This document shows, in pieces, positions 49,829 through 60,140 of a stretch of 60,776 nucleotides of DNA; position 1 is the stretch's first letter; each line of letters begins with the position of its first letter. A program made the translations under genes and the position numbers. The DNA is from an uncultured archaeon (lineage in GTDB: Archaea; Asgardarchaeota; Lokiarchaeia; Sigyniarchaeales; SOKP01): contig CAYLZE010000017.1 in assembly GCA_964388035.1 (NCBI GenBank), positions 1 to 60,776 of the forward strand, given 5' to 3'. The notes beneath the pieces are model-generated. The model did not search any database. It worked only from the letters and a program-made list of their open reading frames with translations, and had not been told where the DNA came from.

Positions 49829-50965
49829 ATCGATCAATCTAATAAAAAAGTTTATGATATTTTAAATTCCACGAGCATAATAGATACCTTAAGTCATGGG
49901 CCAATGCTCTGGGATGCAGAATTGGTCGCTCTTAATGATGAAATGCTCGCTAAAGGAATGAATGCTTGGGAGGTTGTTCCCAAATTGGTATTAAGTCTTG
50001 CTAAAAAGCTCGTGCAGGATGACCCCTTTTTTCAATCCTATAAAGACGCTTGGAAACAATCGGGTGTCAACTGCGTGAGCTGGACAATTGGCCCCTTGCA
50101 TTCAAAACCATATTCTTTTGAGGGAGTATTCCATAATTACGCGTTCATGCAATATCTTTTCGATCATCGATCAGATTTTTTAATGAAAGTATTAAAAGCA
50201 AGTGATATTGAAAAAGCGATCAAGGAGAAGAAGAAAGCTATAATTTTAAATTTCCAGAGCATGGAGCATATTGGTACGGACATCGATCTGGTCGAGCTCT
50301 ATTACATGATGGGCGTGAGAATCATGCAATTAACGTATAATTCTAAGAATCCGGTAGGAACCGGATGTACGGCAAGAAGAGATCGGGGCTTAACGGATTT
50401 TGGAAAACAAGTAGTTGAGAAAATGAATGAGTTAGGTACAATTGTAGATGTTTCCCATTGTGGGATTCAAACTTCAATCGATGCGGTGGAATATTCAAAA
50501 AGCCCTGCCATTGCATCTCACACCTTTTCAAAGCAATTATATGCTCACGATAGAGGAAAACCTGATGAATTATTAAAATCTATTGCAGAAAAGGGGGGTT
50601 ACATTGGGGTTTTAGCCGTGGCAGGCTTTTTAACGGAAAATCCTAAAACGACAGTCTCAAATTGGCTCGATCATGTAGATTACATCACCAACCTCGTTGG
50701 CATCGATTCTGTGGGGATCGGAACGGATTTTTATGGATTTTCGGTTCCCGAAAAACTTGCAACCGCAATTAGTGATTTGTTAGATGTGCTTGGTTTTAGG
50801 CCTGAACATAAAGCTAGTTTTGCCACTAAAGTCGAAGGGTTTGAAGATTATACAAAATTTCCAAATCTCATTGAAGGGTTAATCTCAAGAGGGTACAGTG
50901 ATTCTGAAATCAAGAAACTAGCGGGTGAGAATTTTTTAAAAGTATTTAAAAAAATAGTGGGATGA
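49829..50965 (+). CDS. Membrane dipeptidase (M19) family amidohydrolase, paralogue 2 (probable ATC start; ORF track starts at 49904)
   Basis: The in-frame upstream extension IDQSNKKVYDILNSTSIIDTLSHGP matches IIDSLSHGP of 29841-30980. DVSH, ASH and GIGTDF motifs. Confidence 0.85.
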   Translation: MDQSNKKVYDILNSTSIIDTLSHGPMLWDAELVALNDEMLAKGMNAWEVVPKLVLSLAKKLVQDDPFFQSYKDAWKQSGVNCVSWTIGPLHSKPYSFEGVFHNYAFMQYLFDHRSDFLMKVLKASDIEKAIKEKKKAIILNFQSMEHIGTDIDLVELYYMMGVRIMQLTYNSKNPVGTGCTARRDRGLTDFGKQVVEKMNELGTIVDVSHCGIQTSIDAVEYSKSPAIASHTFSKQLYAHDRGKPDELLKSIAEKGGYIGVLAVAGFLTENPKTTVSNWLDHVDYITNLVGIDSVGIGTDFYGFSVPEKLATAISDLLDVLGFRPEHKASFATKVEGFEDYTKFPNLIEGLISRGYSDSEIKKLAGENFLKVFKKIVG

Positions 50966-51038
50966 TTTTTTTATTTCTATTTTTAATAACATGTAAGTAA
51001 AAATCCATATATCTGATTCCAAATTACATGAGCAGGAA

Positions 51039-51548
51039 TTATTCTTCTACATTGAAAAAGATTCTCGGATCATCTTTTACTACTTCTGTTACAATCTGGG
51101 TTGTAGTTCTTTCCACATCATCTGAATTAAATAAGATTTTCATTTTATCAAATAATTCCTTTCTATTCTTTCCTCGCCCTAGAATCACAAAATCGTTTTC
51201 ACCGAAAACAAAGTACACCGCCCAAATACCAGGAATTTCGGCTAATTTTTTACCCACTTTTTCATGATAACCCTTTCCAAATTTTGCTCTTACATTCACG
51301 ATCATTTGAATGTCGAATCCTAATTTCGAAGAATTGATTTTAGCATAATACCCTTCAATGATACCCTCATCTTCCAATCTCTTTATTCGGTAATGGATAG
51401 TAGATTTGGGGATGGATAATTCTTCCGCAATTTCATATAAAGGTTTTCTACAATCCCGCTGTAGAATGTTTAAAATTTTCATATCGGTATCATCTAAAAA
51501 ACTCCGTCGTCCCGACATTTTTTCATCGGGAATTTCATTTTCTGCCAT
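51039..51548 (-). CDS. Lrp/AsnC family transcriptional regulator
   Basis: LDDTD.KIL..LQ.D.R...EIA...ST...RIKRLE..GII and VFGEND motifs. Confidence 0.92.
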   Translation of the reverse strand: MAENEIPDEKMSGRRSFLDDTDMKILNILQRDCRKPLYEIAEELSIPKSTIHYRIKRLEDEGIIEGYYAKINSSKLGFDIQMIVNVRAKFGKGYHEKVGKKLAEIPGIWAVYFVFGENDFVILGRGKNRKELFDKMKILFNSDDVERTTTQIVTEVVKDDPRIFFNVEE

Positions 51549-51818
51549 TTTAAGATTACCTTATAATAATTTCTATTAAAATTTTATTGTGATATTTCCA
51601 AAATAAATCTTATAATTTGGAAAGTTTCTAATTAATAAAAGAATATGGAAAAAAGTAGATATCATTTTTAAATCCTAAATTAAAGCAGGTAAAAATAGTC
51701 GAGTCCCGAGTAATAATTGCTACTCTATTCTCTGCATGGTTTATTCGTTATTTAAATTTCATTAATTTGCAATATATTGAACGTGTTTAGGTAGCATTAT
51801 TTAGAGCATCTCACTTTT

Positions 51819-52010
51819 TTATTGCCTTTCAGTTATAACGCTAATTTGCGAAATAGGAATGTAATTCAAATTATTGTTCTTATCTTCGACGATGATAATC
51901 TCTTCATTTGCGATCGATTTTAGGACTCCTCCAAATTCCCTGCCAACGTATTTCACATAAACGTAAACATATTTACTAATAATTCTTTCTATAATTTCTT
52001 TCGATATCAT
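51819..52010 (-). CDS. Small Sm/Hfq-like (LSm-fold) protein
   Basis: 63 aa: short helix, V.V...G.EF.G.L, and IP.S.IS.I; SD GAGGTG upstream. Confidence 0.6.
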   Translation of the reverse strand: MISKEIIERIISKYVYVYVKYVGREFGGVLKSIANEEIIIVEDKNNNLNYIPISQISVITERQ

Positions 52011-52073
52011 TCACAAAACACCACCTCAATGTTAAGTTTTTAGATATTTAATGCTCAATAAACTATGTACTAA

Positions 52074-52661
52074 TTATATTTTTAACCTTCTGTATAATTC
52101 AGATCGAGTTTTCCTAAGGGTGGGAAAACTTCCTCCAGCAACGGATTGCACTTGTTCAATAGAAATAAATGCATCCGGATGGTGTTTTTTAATGATCTCC
52201 AAGACATACTGCTTGTTTTTTCTTCTAATAATCATGATTAACAACATAACGTTGCCTTTCATGCCTTCTGCAGTCATGATGGTCAATCCGTATCCTTCTT
52301 CCTTAAGATTTTTAATGAGATTTTTAGGATCTTCGTGAAGAATTAATTGAAGACTGAGCAGTCCCAAAGAAATTTTGTTTTCGATTATTATTCCCATATA
52401 ATTACCCGTGGCGAATCCCGAAGCATATGCGATATAATAGATAAAATTGGTCAAGTGACTAAAGATTTGACTTACCGCTAACAACCATATAGTTACTTCA
52501 AAAAATCCCAATAGTGGTGCTAAAAATTTTTTACCTTGAGAGATGAATATAATTCTAATCGTACCAAGAGAAACATCCCCAATTCTAGCTATAAAAATGA
52601 AAATTGGGAGGATAATCAATCCAAAAAAGGGATCCCCCATGATATCCATGAATAAACTCAT
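52074..52661 (-). CDS. UPF0316/DUF2179 membrane protein
   Basis: DVSLGTIR, GFFE..IW, YA.GFATGNY.G and GYG.T...EG..G motifs. Confidence 0.88.
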   Translation of the reverse strand: MSLFMDIMGDPFFGLIILPIFIFIARIGDVSLGTIRIIFISQGKKFLAPLLGFFEVTIWLLAVSQIFSHLTNFIYYIAYASGFATGNYMGIIIENKISLGLLSLQLILHEDPKNLIKNLKEEGYGLTIMTAEGMKGNVMLLIMIIRRKNKQYVLEIIKKHHPDAFISIEQVQSVAGGSFPTLRKTRSELYRRLKI

Positions 52662-52705
52662 AATGCATCGTTTTATTTACATGTATAATGTTTTTAGGTT
52701 TTTTC

Positions 52706-54889
52706 TTAATCAATCTTTAAGATTTCCCCGTATACCTCGAATTTGCCTTCCACGAAATTTATATTGGAGGGTGAGAATCCTTTTTGGCATCCTCCTAAAA
52801 ATAAGGAGAAAATACCGGGTTCTACGACTCTCAAACCTTCTATTGTTACCCTTGAAAATTGATATGGCGTGATTCTAAAGTGTAACTTCTTTTTCTCCCC
52901 TTTTGTTAAAAAAACTCGCTCAAATCCTTGTAGCTCTCTTATTGGATAATAAGAAGGATTATTGAGATTGCTGAGGTATAACTGCACTACTTCTTCTCCA
53001 TCCCTCAATCCCGTGTTTTTTATATCCATAGATATAGAAATGGATTCATCAGTTTTTACTTTTTGAGGAGAAATTTGGAGATTAGAATATTCAAAAGTGG
53101 TATAGCTTAAACCATCCCCAAAAGAAAATAAGGGTTCTTTTCTGAAGAATCTATATGTTCTCCCTTCCATATTATAGTCCCGTACATCTGGAAGATCATT
53201 AATCGATTTATAGAAAGTTATTGGAAGCTTTCCAGCAGGATTATAATCTCCAAATATTACATCAGCTATGGCATTCCCTCCTTCTTCTCCAGGATACCAA
53301 GCAAAGAGAATTGCTGGAATTTTTTCTTTTGCAAAATTGATGGCTAAGGCACTTCCCCCAGTCAATACTAGAACAATGGGTTTATTTGTTGCAAGAATTG
53401 CTTTTAAGAACTCTTCTTGAATTTGGGGGAGGTTTAAATCTAATCGATCTCCATCCAGATCAGATTCAGATGCTTGTCCCTGTTCACCCTCAAGTTTTGG
53501 GGACAATCCTAGTACTAATATAACAACATCCGATTTCTTTGCTTTTTCAATCGCTTCCTCAAATCCCTCAAAAGATCTTTCTTTAAGAGGACATCCTTTT
53601 GCATATAGTATAGTAGTTTGAGGAGAGACTTTCTTTTTTATTCCTTCAAGAGGGGTGGTATATTGTGAGGGAACACCATTATAATTTCCCAAGAGTATGT
53701 TGATATCATCTGCATTGGGCCCCAATACTGCAATAGTGTTCAAATCTTTTTTCAGAGGTAGGAGATTATTTTCATTTTTTAATAATACCATTGTTTTTTT
53801 TGCTGCTTTTAGGGCTAAATCTCGATTCTTTTTACTATCATTGACCTCATATGATATTTGAGCATATTTTACTTGTTCTGGTGGGTCAAACATTCCCAAC
53901 CGGAATCGAGCGTCGAATAACCGTTTTACAGATTTATTTATCGTCTCTTCCGTGAGTAATTTTTTCTTAACGGCTCCCTTGATCCAATCCCATCTAATTT
54001 TCTTTTTTTGCTTGGTAAAAATTCCTACACTGCAAAAAAGATCACAACCTGCATTGATTGCTAAAGCAGTTGCCTCTTCGGGAGTTTTAACAACTTGATG
54101 AGATTCAAAAATATCTTTTATTGCTCCACAATCTGAGACTATATGACCTTTAAAATTCCATTTTTGCCTTAAAACTTCTTCTAACAAGAACTTGCTTCCA
54201 CAACAAGGTTCTCCATTTACTCTGTTATATGCACCCATGATAGCATGAGCCCCACCTTCTAAAATACATGCTTTAAAAGCAGGAAAATAAGTTTCCCATA
54301 AATCTTTTTTATTTACGATTGCATTGAATCCGTGTCGCTCACTTTCCAAACCGCTATAGGCAACGTAATGTTTAGGTGTGGCAATTAATTTTAAATATTT
54401 TGGATCGTCCCCTTGAAGCCCTTTCACGAATGTCACTCCCATTCTTGAGGTTAAATAGGGGTCTTCTCCATAGGTTTCTTGTCCCCGCCCCCAACGAGGA
54501 TCGCGAAAAATATTAATATTCGGCGACCAAAACGTGAGTCCTTGAAAGATTTTTCGCTCTCCATTTCTCACATATTCATGATGTTTAGCTCGGGCTTCAT
54601 CTGATATTGCATCTGCGACTTCTTTCATTAAGTTCAAATCAAAAGTAGCCGCTAAGCCAATTGCTTGGGGAAAGACTGTAGCAACGCCTGAAATCCCCAC
54701 CCCGTGTAATGCTTCGTTCCACCAATTATATTTTGGGATGTTTAAACGCTTAATTTCGACAGCATCATTCAACATCTGGGAAATTTTTTCATCCAATGTC
54801 ATTCGGGAAACCAAATCATCCACGCGTTTTTCAATAGGTAATGTGGGATCCAAAAAATTGAGCTTGTTTTTTTGATTTACTTCAACCAT
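52706..54889 (-). CDS. GH3 glycoside hydrolase (beta-xylosidase/beta-glucosidase) with Fn3-like tail
   Basis: WWNEALHG, WSPNINIFRDPRWGRGQETYGEDP, KH, VSDC and WYPGE.GG motifs. Confidence 0.94.
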   Translation of the reverse strand: MVEVNQKNKLNFLDPTLPIEKRVDDLVSRMTLDEKISQMLNDAVEIKRLNIPKYNWWNEALHGVGISGVATVFPQAIGLAATFDLNLMKEVADAISDEARAKHHEYVRNGERKIFQGLTFWSPNINIFRDPRWGRGQETYGEDPYLTSRMGVTFVKGLQGDDPKYLKLIATPKHYVAYSGLESERHGFNAIVNKKDLWETYFPAFKACILEGGAHAIMGAYNRVNGEPCCGSKFLLEEVLRQKWNFKGHIVSDCGAIKDIFESHQVVKTPEEATALAINAGCDLFCSVGIFTKQKKKIRWDWIKGAVKKKLLTEETINKSVKRLFDARFRLGMFDPPEQVKYAQISYEVNDSKKNRDLALKAAKKTMVLLKNENNLLPLKKDLNTIAVLGPNADDINILLGNYNGVPSQYTTPLEGIKKKVSPQTTILYAKGCPLKERSFEGFEEAIEKAKKSDVVILVLGLSPKLEGEQGQASESDLDGDRLDLNLPQIQEEFLKAILATNKPIVLVLTGGSALAINFAKEKIPAILFAWYPGEEGGNAIADVIFGDYNPAGKLPITFYKSINDLPDVRDYNMEGRTYRFFRKEPLFSFGDGLSYTTFEYSNLQISPQKVKTDESISISMDIKNTGLRDGEEVVQLYLSNLNNPSYYPIRELQGFERVFLTKGEKKKLHFRITPYQFSRVTIEGLRVVEPGIFSLFLGGCQKGFSPSNINFVEGKFEVYGEILKID

Positions 54890-55003
54890 TATGATTTTAA
54901 GATAAGATATCTACTCATTAAAAGTTATTCAAGAAAAGTGATTCTAAAATTTTTTTGAATCAATAAAGCTATTTTCTGTTTTAATTAAGAAAGGAAAGTG
55001 GAT

Positions 55004-56149
55004 TCAATTCCCTTTAGTTTTGGGACCCCCCTTGGAGCCTTTTAGTTTGGAAGCATCAACCTTTTTTACAAAGGTAAGGATATCTGGATCCACTTCTAGT
55101 GTTTGTTTGTAAATACGCGATAAAAAGAATGTCATCCAGGGGCTAGCTTCTTTCTTTTGACCAAAAGAATATTGGTTGAAATATTGATATATTGATTTCG
55201 GTATGAATTGACCATCTGGAGGGAATTCCAACAAGCTTATGGCAATAAGTTCTCTGTATGCATTGGTTTTAATCAATTCAGAATAATGCCTACAAGCATC
55301 TAACAAAGTTCCAATATTATACCAAAAAAAAGGGGCACGAGGAAGCCGAAAATTCTTTCCATGACCAAACATATAAGGTTTATGTTTTGATCGGTTAACC
55401 CAACAATTAAGAAGACTTTTTCCTGCCTCTATAAGATGCTCAGGCTTCTCCTTTTCTTGTAGCATCCAATATCCTCTTAGCGCATCTATTACTACCATGG
55501 GACATATATCATTTACTCTTCCGGGCCCTCTTCTATTGATATGCAGCCAAGGAACGCATTTCCAACCCCATCCTTGAGCGGTCTCGGTTAATAGTTCATT
55601 CATGCGCAATATCCCTTTATTTAGTCTTTTATCATTTTTATATCCAGCCAATAAAAGAATGCTAACAATTAAATTATGATCGCATAATGCACTTGACCAC
55701 ATGGGAGATTTAATTTTTGTTTTTCTGTCAAGTGCTTCACTATATGCCAAAAATTGTCCTGTTTCTTCATCTTGTCGGGAGAGTATTGATTCAAAAGCGT
55801 TTTTCATTCGCTCATCATCTCTAGGCATAATTCCCCAATCAAGTAGTAACCACAGTTGATTCGGAAGATAGTCTGCTCTATTATGTCCCTTTACTAGATC
55901 TTTATCCCAAATTGATAAATTATCCAATAAATATTGTACAAGAGGATCTTTTAAAACTATATTATGAGAGCGTATAACTTCAGGATGATCCAAATTCAAA
56001 TCAAGGAGATTAGTTAGAGTTCTATATATTGTAAATGATTCAGTGGAGTTTAAGAGGTATTTACGGGGATCTGCTGGAAGAAGTTTCGTCCAAGTGGCTT
56101 TCTCTTCAAGTAAATTTAGAATCTCTTTAGAATATGAATTTTTAGACAA
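55004..56149 (-). CDS. Uncharacterised prenyltransferase-like alpha/alpha-barrel protein
   Basis: Q....GQF and GWGW repeats, P.FWY and GQKK..SPW.T; no DxDD motif. Confidence 0.6.
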   Translation of the reverse strand: MSKNSYSKEILNLLEEKATWTKLLPADPRKYLLNSTESFTIYRTLTNLLDLNLDHPEVIRSHNIVLKDPLVQYLLDNLSIWDKDLVKGHNRADYLPNQLWLLLDWGIMPRDDERMKNAFESILSRQDEETGQFLAYSEALDRKTKIKSPMWSSALCDHNLIVSILLLAGYKNDKRLNKGILRMNELLTETAQGWGWKCVPWLHINRRGPGRVNDICPMVVIDALRGYWMLQEKEKPEHLIEAGKSLLNCWVNRSKHKPYMFGHGKNFRLPRAPFFWYNIGTLLDACRHYSELIKTNAYRELIAISLLEFPPDGQFIPKSIYQYFNQYSFGQKKEASPWMTFFLSRIYKQTLEVDPDILTFVKKVDASKLKGSKGGPKTKGN

Positions 56150-56179
56150 TTCTAATTACCTCATTTCGTATAGCATGAA

Positions 56180-56731
56180 TTACTTAGAACTCGTTTTAAA
56201 TAAATTCACAGAGAGATCAATCATATCTCTGCTTGATTTTCCTTCTTTCTTCATTTTTTCTAATTCTGTATTGATTTCTGCTATTTTCCCTTCTTTTAAA
56301 GCTTTTAGATGCTTCACATTCCAACCTCGATATCTTTTATCCAGATAATTAAAAAAGATGGGAGCAGGTGGCATCATCGGATTCTCTGAAGGCACTGGAG
56401 AAGCCGTACATGTTCCTTGTTCAATATTAAAAAAATTGCATTCACTGCAATTGCTGATGCCTTTTTCTTTAGTACAATGATTAATAGGACACGTTGATCT
56501 ATCTTGGCAACCAGGACATGGTGGATAACTTTTTAATATTGCTAAAATTTCTTGAAAAATTGGCAAATTTTCTTGTTTAAATTTCGGATTGGTTAAAGAT
56601 AGGAGTCCAGCAAACACTGGATCTTCAAATACTCGGTATATGTAAACCGCAGCATCCTCAATTTTTGAGGTTTTAAAATCACACACTTCACAGTTTAAAC
56701 CACAACTAGTTATTTGATAATCTTTTCTCAT
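56180..56731 (-). CDS. DUF3795-like Cys-rich protein
   Basis: CGLNCEVC...CPGC...CPI..C...CSEC...C pattern. Confidence 0.78.
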   Translation of the reverse strand: MRKDYQITSCGLNCEVCDFKTSKIEDAAVYIYRVFEDPVFAGLLSLTNPKFKQENLPIFQEILAILKSYPPCPGCQDRSTCPINHCTKEKGISNCSECNFFNIEQGTCTASPVPSENPMMPPAPIFFNYLDKRYRGWNVKHLKALKEGKIAEINTELEKMKKEGKSSRDMIDLSVNLFKTSSK

Positions 56732-57062
56732 TTTTTACCCCGATTTTCTATTCCTTTTTATTAGTTAGTTAAAAATCAAAATGATGAACCATTATAACAC
56801 GCTGGAAATAATTCATATCTAAAATAAAGCAATAAAAAATTTTCTAAATTGCTTTTTATTTTTTGATTATAATCAAATATATATATTTCTCTTACTATTC
56901 CTTCGAATTATTATCATTCATTTTAATCTTGATTTAATTAATATATTAATGAAATTTCTTTTATTTTTTTTTGTCTCTATTAGTTTAGGACTTGGTAATC
57001 TTAATATTAAATTGGTCATCTTTTTATAATTAGAGTAAAAGAAATGGACATGGGAAAATGCA

Positions 57063-57944
57063 TTGGATGAAATTGACTTTCAAATCCTCAAAATATTGAA
57101 TAAGAATTGCCGGATCTCCCTTTCGAAGATTTCAAGAGGGTTGGGTTTATCTGTAAGAACGATATCTCGAAGAATTAACCTATTAATTGATAATCACATT
57201 ATCAGATATTTTACTGTAAACTTTAGCTTTGAACGTCTTGGTTATAGAAATTATATTGGTTCTTTAAATCCACCCAAGGAGAATCACTCCATTAATTTTT
57301 TCAAAGAGCTTCAATTCATACCTGAAATTTATCAAATGTGGGAACTTCTCGATGGAAGCATCGTGTTTTCTATTTTTAGTGAAAATTCTGCTCACCTTGA
57401 GAAAATAATTACTAAATTACTTGAAACAGGAGCTAAACTTAATAGTTATGTAGAACCCCGTTCGCATTTATCCCTCGATTATCCCTTTTCTAATATGGAT
57501 TGGAGGATCATTTGTTATTTATTTAAAGATAGTAGGGCTCCTAAACAAAAAATCGCTATTGATTTAGGAATAAATGAAAAAACTGTTGCACGGAGATTAA
57601 AACGAATGAGGACCATGAATTTGGTACAATTTACACTCATTTTAGATTGGTCCAATGTTAAGGGAATGATTCCGGCGGTAATTTCTTTAGAAACAATAGG
57701 CCCTTCAAAACCGATTTATTTTAAATTAAAAGAAGACAGTAAAATAAAATATTGGAGGAACGTGGGTGATGTTTCACCTACTATTATTTTATTTGTTTAC
57801 GCCCAGAATCTAACCGAGCTTTATGAAATGTGTGAAATTTTAAGAAGGAGAGAAGATATTAAAGAGTGTACTTTAAGATTTGAAGTAAGATTTTATGAGA
57901 ATTCAAATATCATCGCAGATGCCATTTTACAAAAAATCCAATAA
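57063..57944 (+). CDS. Tandem (double) Lrp/AsnC-type wHTH regulator
   Basis: Two repeats: DEIDFQILKIL..NCR...TISRRI and DWRII..L..DSR...TVARRL. Confidence 0.85.
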   Translation: MDEIDFQILKILNKNCRISLSKISRGLGLSVRTISRRINLLIDNHIIRYFTVNFSFERLGYRNYIGSLNPPKENHSINFFKELQFIPEIYQMWELLDGSIVFSIFSENSAHLEKIITKLLETGAKLNSYVEPRSHLSLDYPFSNMDWRIICYLFKDSRAPKQKIAIDLGINEKTVARRLKRMRTMNLVQFTLILDWSNVKGMIPAVISLETIGPSKPIYFKLKEDSKIKYWRNVGDVSPTIILFVYAQNLTELYEMCEILRRREDIKECTLRFEVRFYENSNIIADAILQKIQ

Positions 57945-58142
57945 TATAGGATAAGGCTTCTAATTCGAGAGCGTGCTTGATTTTTATTATAAATTTAAAA
58001 GATTGATAATCAAAATAACCGCAGAAGAAAGATTTTCTTTCTTTTTTATTGTCTAATTCATTTTTTAAGGTTCAAAGAGGGAATGTTCTTATACATTAAA
58101 TTTTTAGAAAAAGAAGAAAAAAAAAATAAAATAAGTTTGAAT

Positions 58143-58952
58143 TCATTTAATAGTCTCTGGATCATACGTGACCCTAAATCCCTCATCCAAATCATTCAAT
58201 TTGGCCATTTCAACATCATCCAATTCAAAATCAAATACTTCGGAATTTTCAATTATATGTATTTTGCTGGATGATTTTGGTATTTCCACGATGCCGTGCT
58301 GAAGTCCCCAGCGTATTAAAACTTGAGCAGGAGTTTTATCATGATGGGTAGAAATTTCCTTTAATATAGGATTATCAAATTTACGAGTCCTGGTGAGAGG
58401 ACTATATGCTTCTACTCTTATATCCTTCTTTTTACAATAGCTTAATAATTCTTTCTGATATAAGAACGGGGAAAATTCAACCTGGTTAACTGCGGGTACG
58501 AGATTTGATTTTTCAAATAACTCTTCTAAATGCCTAATCGTATAATTACTAACGCCGATTGCCCTTACTTTCCCTTCTTCATAAATTTTTTCTAATGTCT
58601 TCCAAGCTTCCATTCTATTGTTTTGAGGCCAATGGATCAAGTAAAGATCCAAATAAGAAAGTCCTAACTTTTCTAAACTCCTCTCAAATGCTCTTATTGT
58701 CGATTTGGGCCCAAAATTACTCTCCCATACCTTACTGGTAATGAATAAATCTTCTCGATCGATATTAACTTCTTTTATTGCTTTACCTATGGCACTTTCA
58801 TTGCCATACATTTGGGCAGTATCAATGAGTCTATATCCCGCTTCCACTGCCCATTTAACGGCTTTAACCGCGGTATCACCATTTAAATCCCAAGTACCCA
58901 ATCCTAATATCGGGATTTTTATTCCGTTATTTAACGTGTATGTAGAATCCAA
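58143..58952 (-). CDS. Aldo/keto reductase (2,5-diketo-D-gluconate reductase-like)
   Basis: LGLGTW, IDTA..Y, LIHWP, IGVSN, NQVE and IPKS motifs. Confidence 0.93.
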   Translation of the reverse strand: MDSTYTLNNGIKIPILGLGTWDLNGDTAVKAVKWAVEAGYRLIDTAQMYGNESAIGKAIKEVNIDREDLFITSKVWESNFGPKSTIRAFERSLEKLGLSYLDLYLIHWPQNNRMEAWKTLEKIYEEGKVRAIGVSNYTIRHLEELFEKSNLVPAVNQVEFSPFLYQKELLSYCKKKDIRVEAYSPLTRTRKFDNPILKEISTHHDKTPAQVLIRWGLQHGIVEIPKSSSKIHIIENSEVFDFELDDVEMAKLNDLDEGFRVTYDPETIK

Positions 58953-59317
58953 CCTTAACTCGATTATAATTTTAAACCACCTTAATTTGTATTTTTATTG
59001 AAGTTTTTTGTCGATTGTATTTCATAGTTCATGGATTTCACTTGATATTCACATAGTCGGACACATTAAAAAAGATTCGACTTATAGATCATTAAGAATT
59101 AAGAAATAACTCAAAATATTTTAAAGATAAAGTATTTCGTTTAAATTAACTCTTTTATCTTCCCAATTTATATCACTTTCTTTACATACTAATTTGAAAA
59201 TAGACCATTCTGAATTGATCTTCACGATTATTAGAAAAGCGAGTTGAAAATTAAAGTGAATTTAACTTTCTTTATCAAAGATAAGAAAAAAATAAAATAA
59301 AGAAAAAAAAAAATAAA

Positions 59318-59971
59318 TTAAATCCATACTTCTCCAGTAGCTAAAGGGAGTATGACTGCGAAAATAATTATCAATACAATATTAATGAGAGCTAATGTTC
59401 CAATAACGCGTTTTTGTTTCTTAGGTTCCCAATAGTAAGCATAATTCGCACCTACAAAGAATGGAATGTAGACAAATATGAAGACGGTCAAGGCATTCCA
59501 CCACCAATAAATCCATACAAATGCTGGAGTCATAACCAAAAAGATTTCGATTATGGAAGCAAGTGCTGCAAAAACGATTCCAAATCCCCACCGAACATCA
59601 ATTCCGAACATTTTTTGTGAACGATCATCGGGAAGCAATTTACTTGCTGCCAAACCCGCGATTGAAAACATTAAGCTTAATTCGATCCCAACACCAACGA
59701 AAATTAAGAAAGCGGTTCCCGTGGGAACGGTCCATAATGCATTCCCCGAAAATTTTTGAATTAATGCATTGATGATTTCAACGAACCAATGGATCATGTA
59801 TAACATCATTCCAGCCGCAATGCCCCTGTAGTTCTTTTTCTGAATTTCACTATTATAAATATAAATGACTAAGACTAGCATGAAAATTACGTAGAAATTG
59901 AAATTTTCTCCGCTTCTTAATATGGATAAAGCTTGGGCCGTAGCTTCTGGTTTATTTAATGCTTGAAACAT
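59318..59971 (-). CDS. Conserved hypothetical multi-pass membrane protein
   Basis: 217 aa with about 7 hydrophobic segments; W..EI.N.L and G..IE...MF motifs. Confidence 0.7.
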   Translation of the reverse strand: MFQALNKPEATAQALSILRSGENFNFYVIFMLVLVIYIYNSEIQKKNYRGIAAGMMLYMIHWFVEIINALIQKFSGNALWTVPTGTAFLIFVGVGIELSLMFSIAGLAASKLLPDDRSQKMFGIDVRWGFGIVFAALASIIEIFLVMTPAFVWIYWWWNALTVFIFVYIPFFVGANYAYYWEPKKQKRVIGTLALINIVLIIIFAVILPLATGEVWI

Positions 59972-60140
59972 TATTTATTTTCCACCTTGGATATTTACCG
60001 ATCTAATTAATTTAAACTTTAATTTATTTTATGCAAAATGAAGGGTAATAATATATACTTTTAACTTATCCCTTTTCAAATTTATTTTTCTAAAGTTATT
60101 CTATTATATAGATTACAGGATACCAGAATAGGCAAAAAAA

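Noticed and set aside
55004-56149. Squalene-hopene/terpene cyclase
   Set aside because: Only single-barrel length and no DxDD catalytic motif.
1098-59772. Many 60-175 aa ORFs overlapping long genes (e.g. 2658-3041, 25674-26201, 52543-52872)
   Set aside because: Antisense or alternate-frame shadows of well-supported CDSs, with no recognisable motifs.
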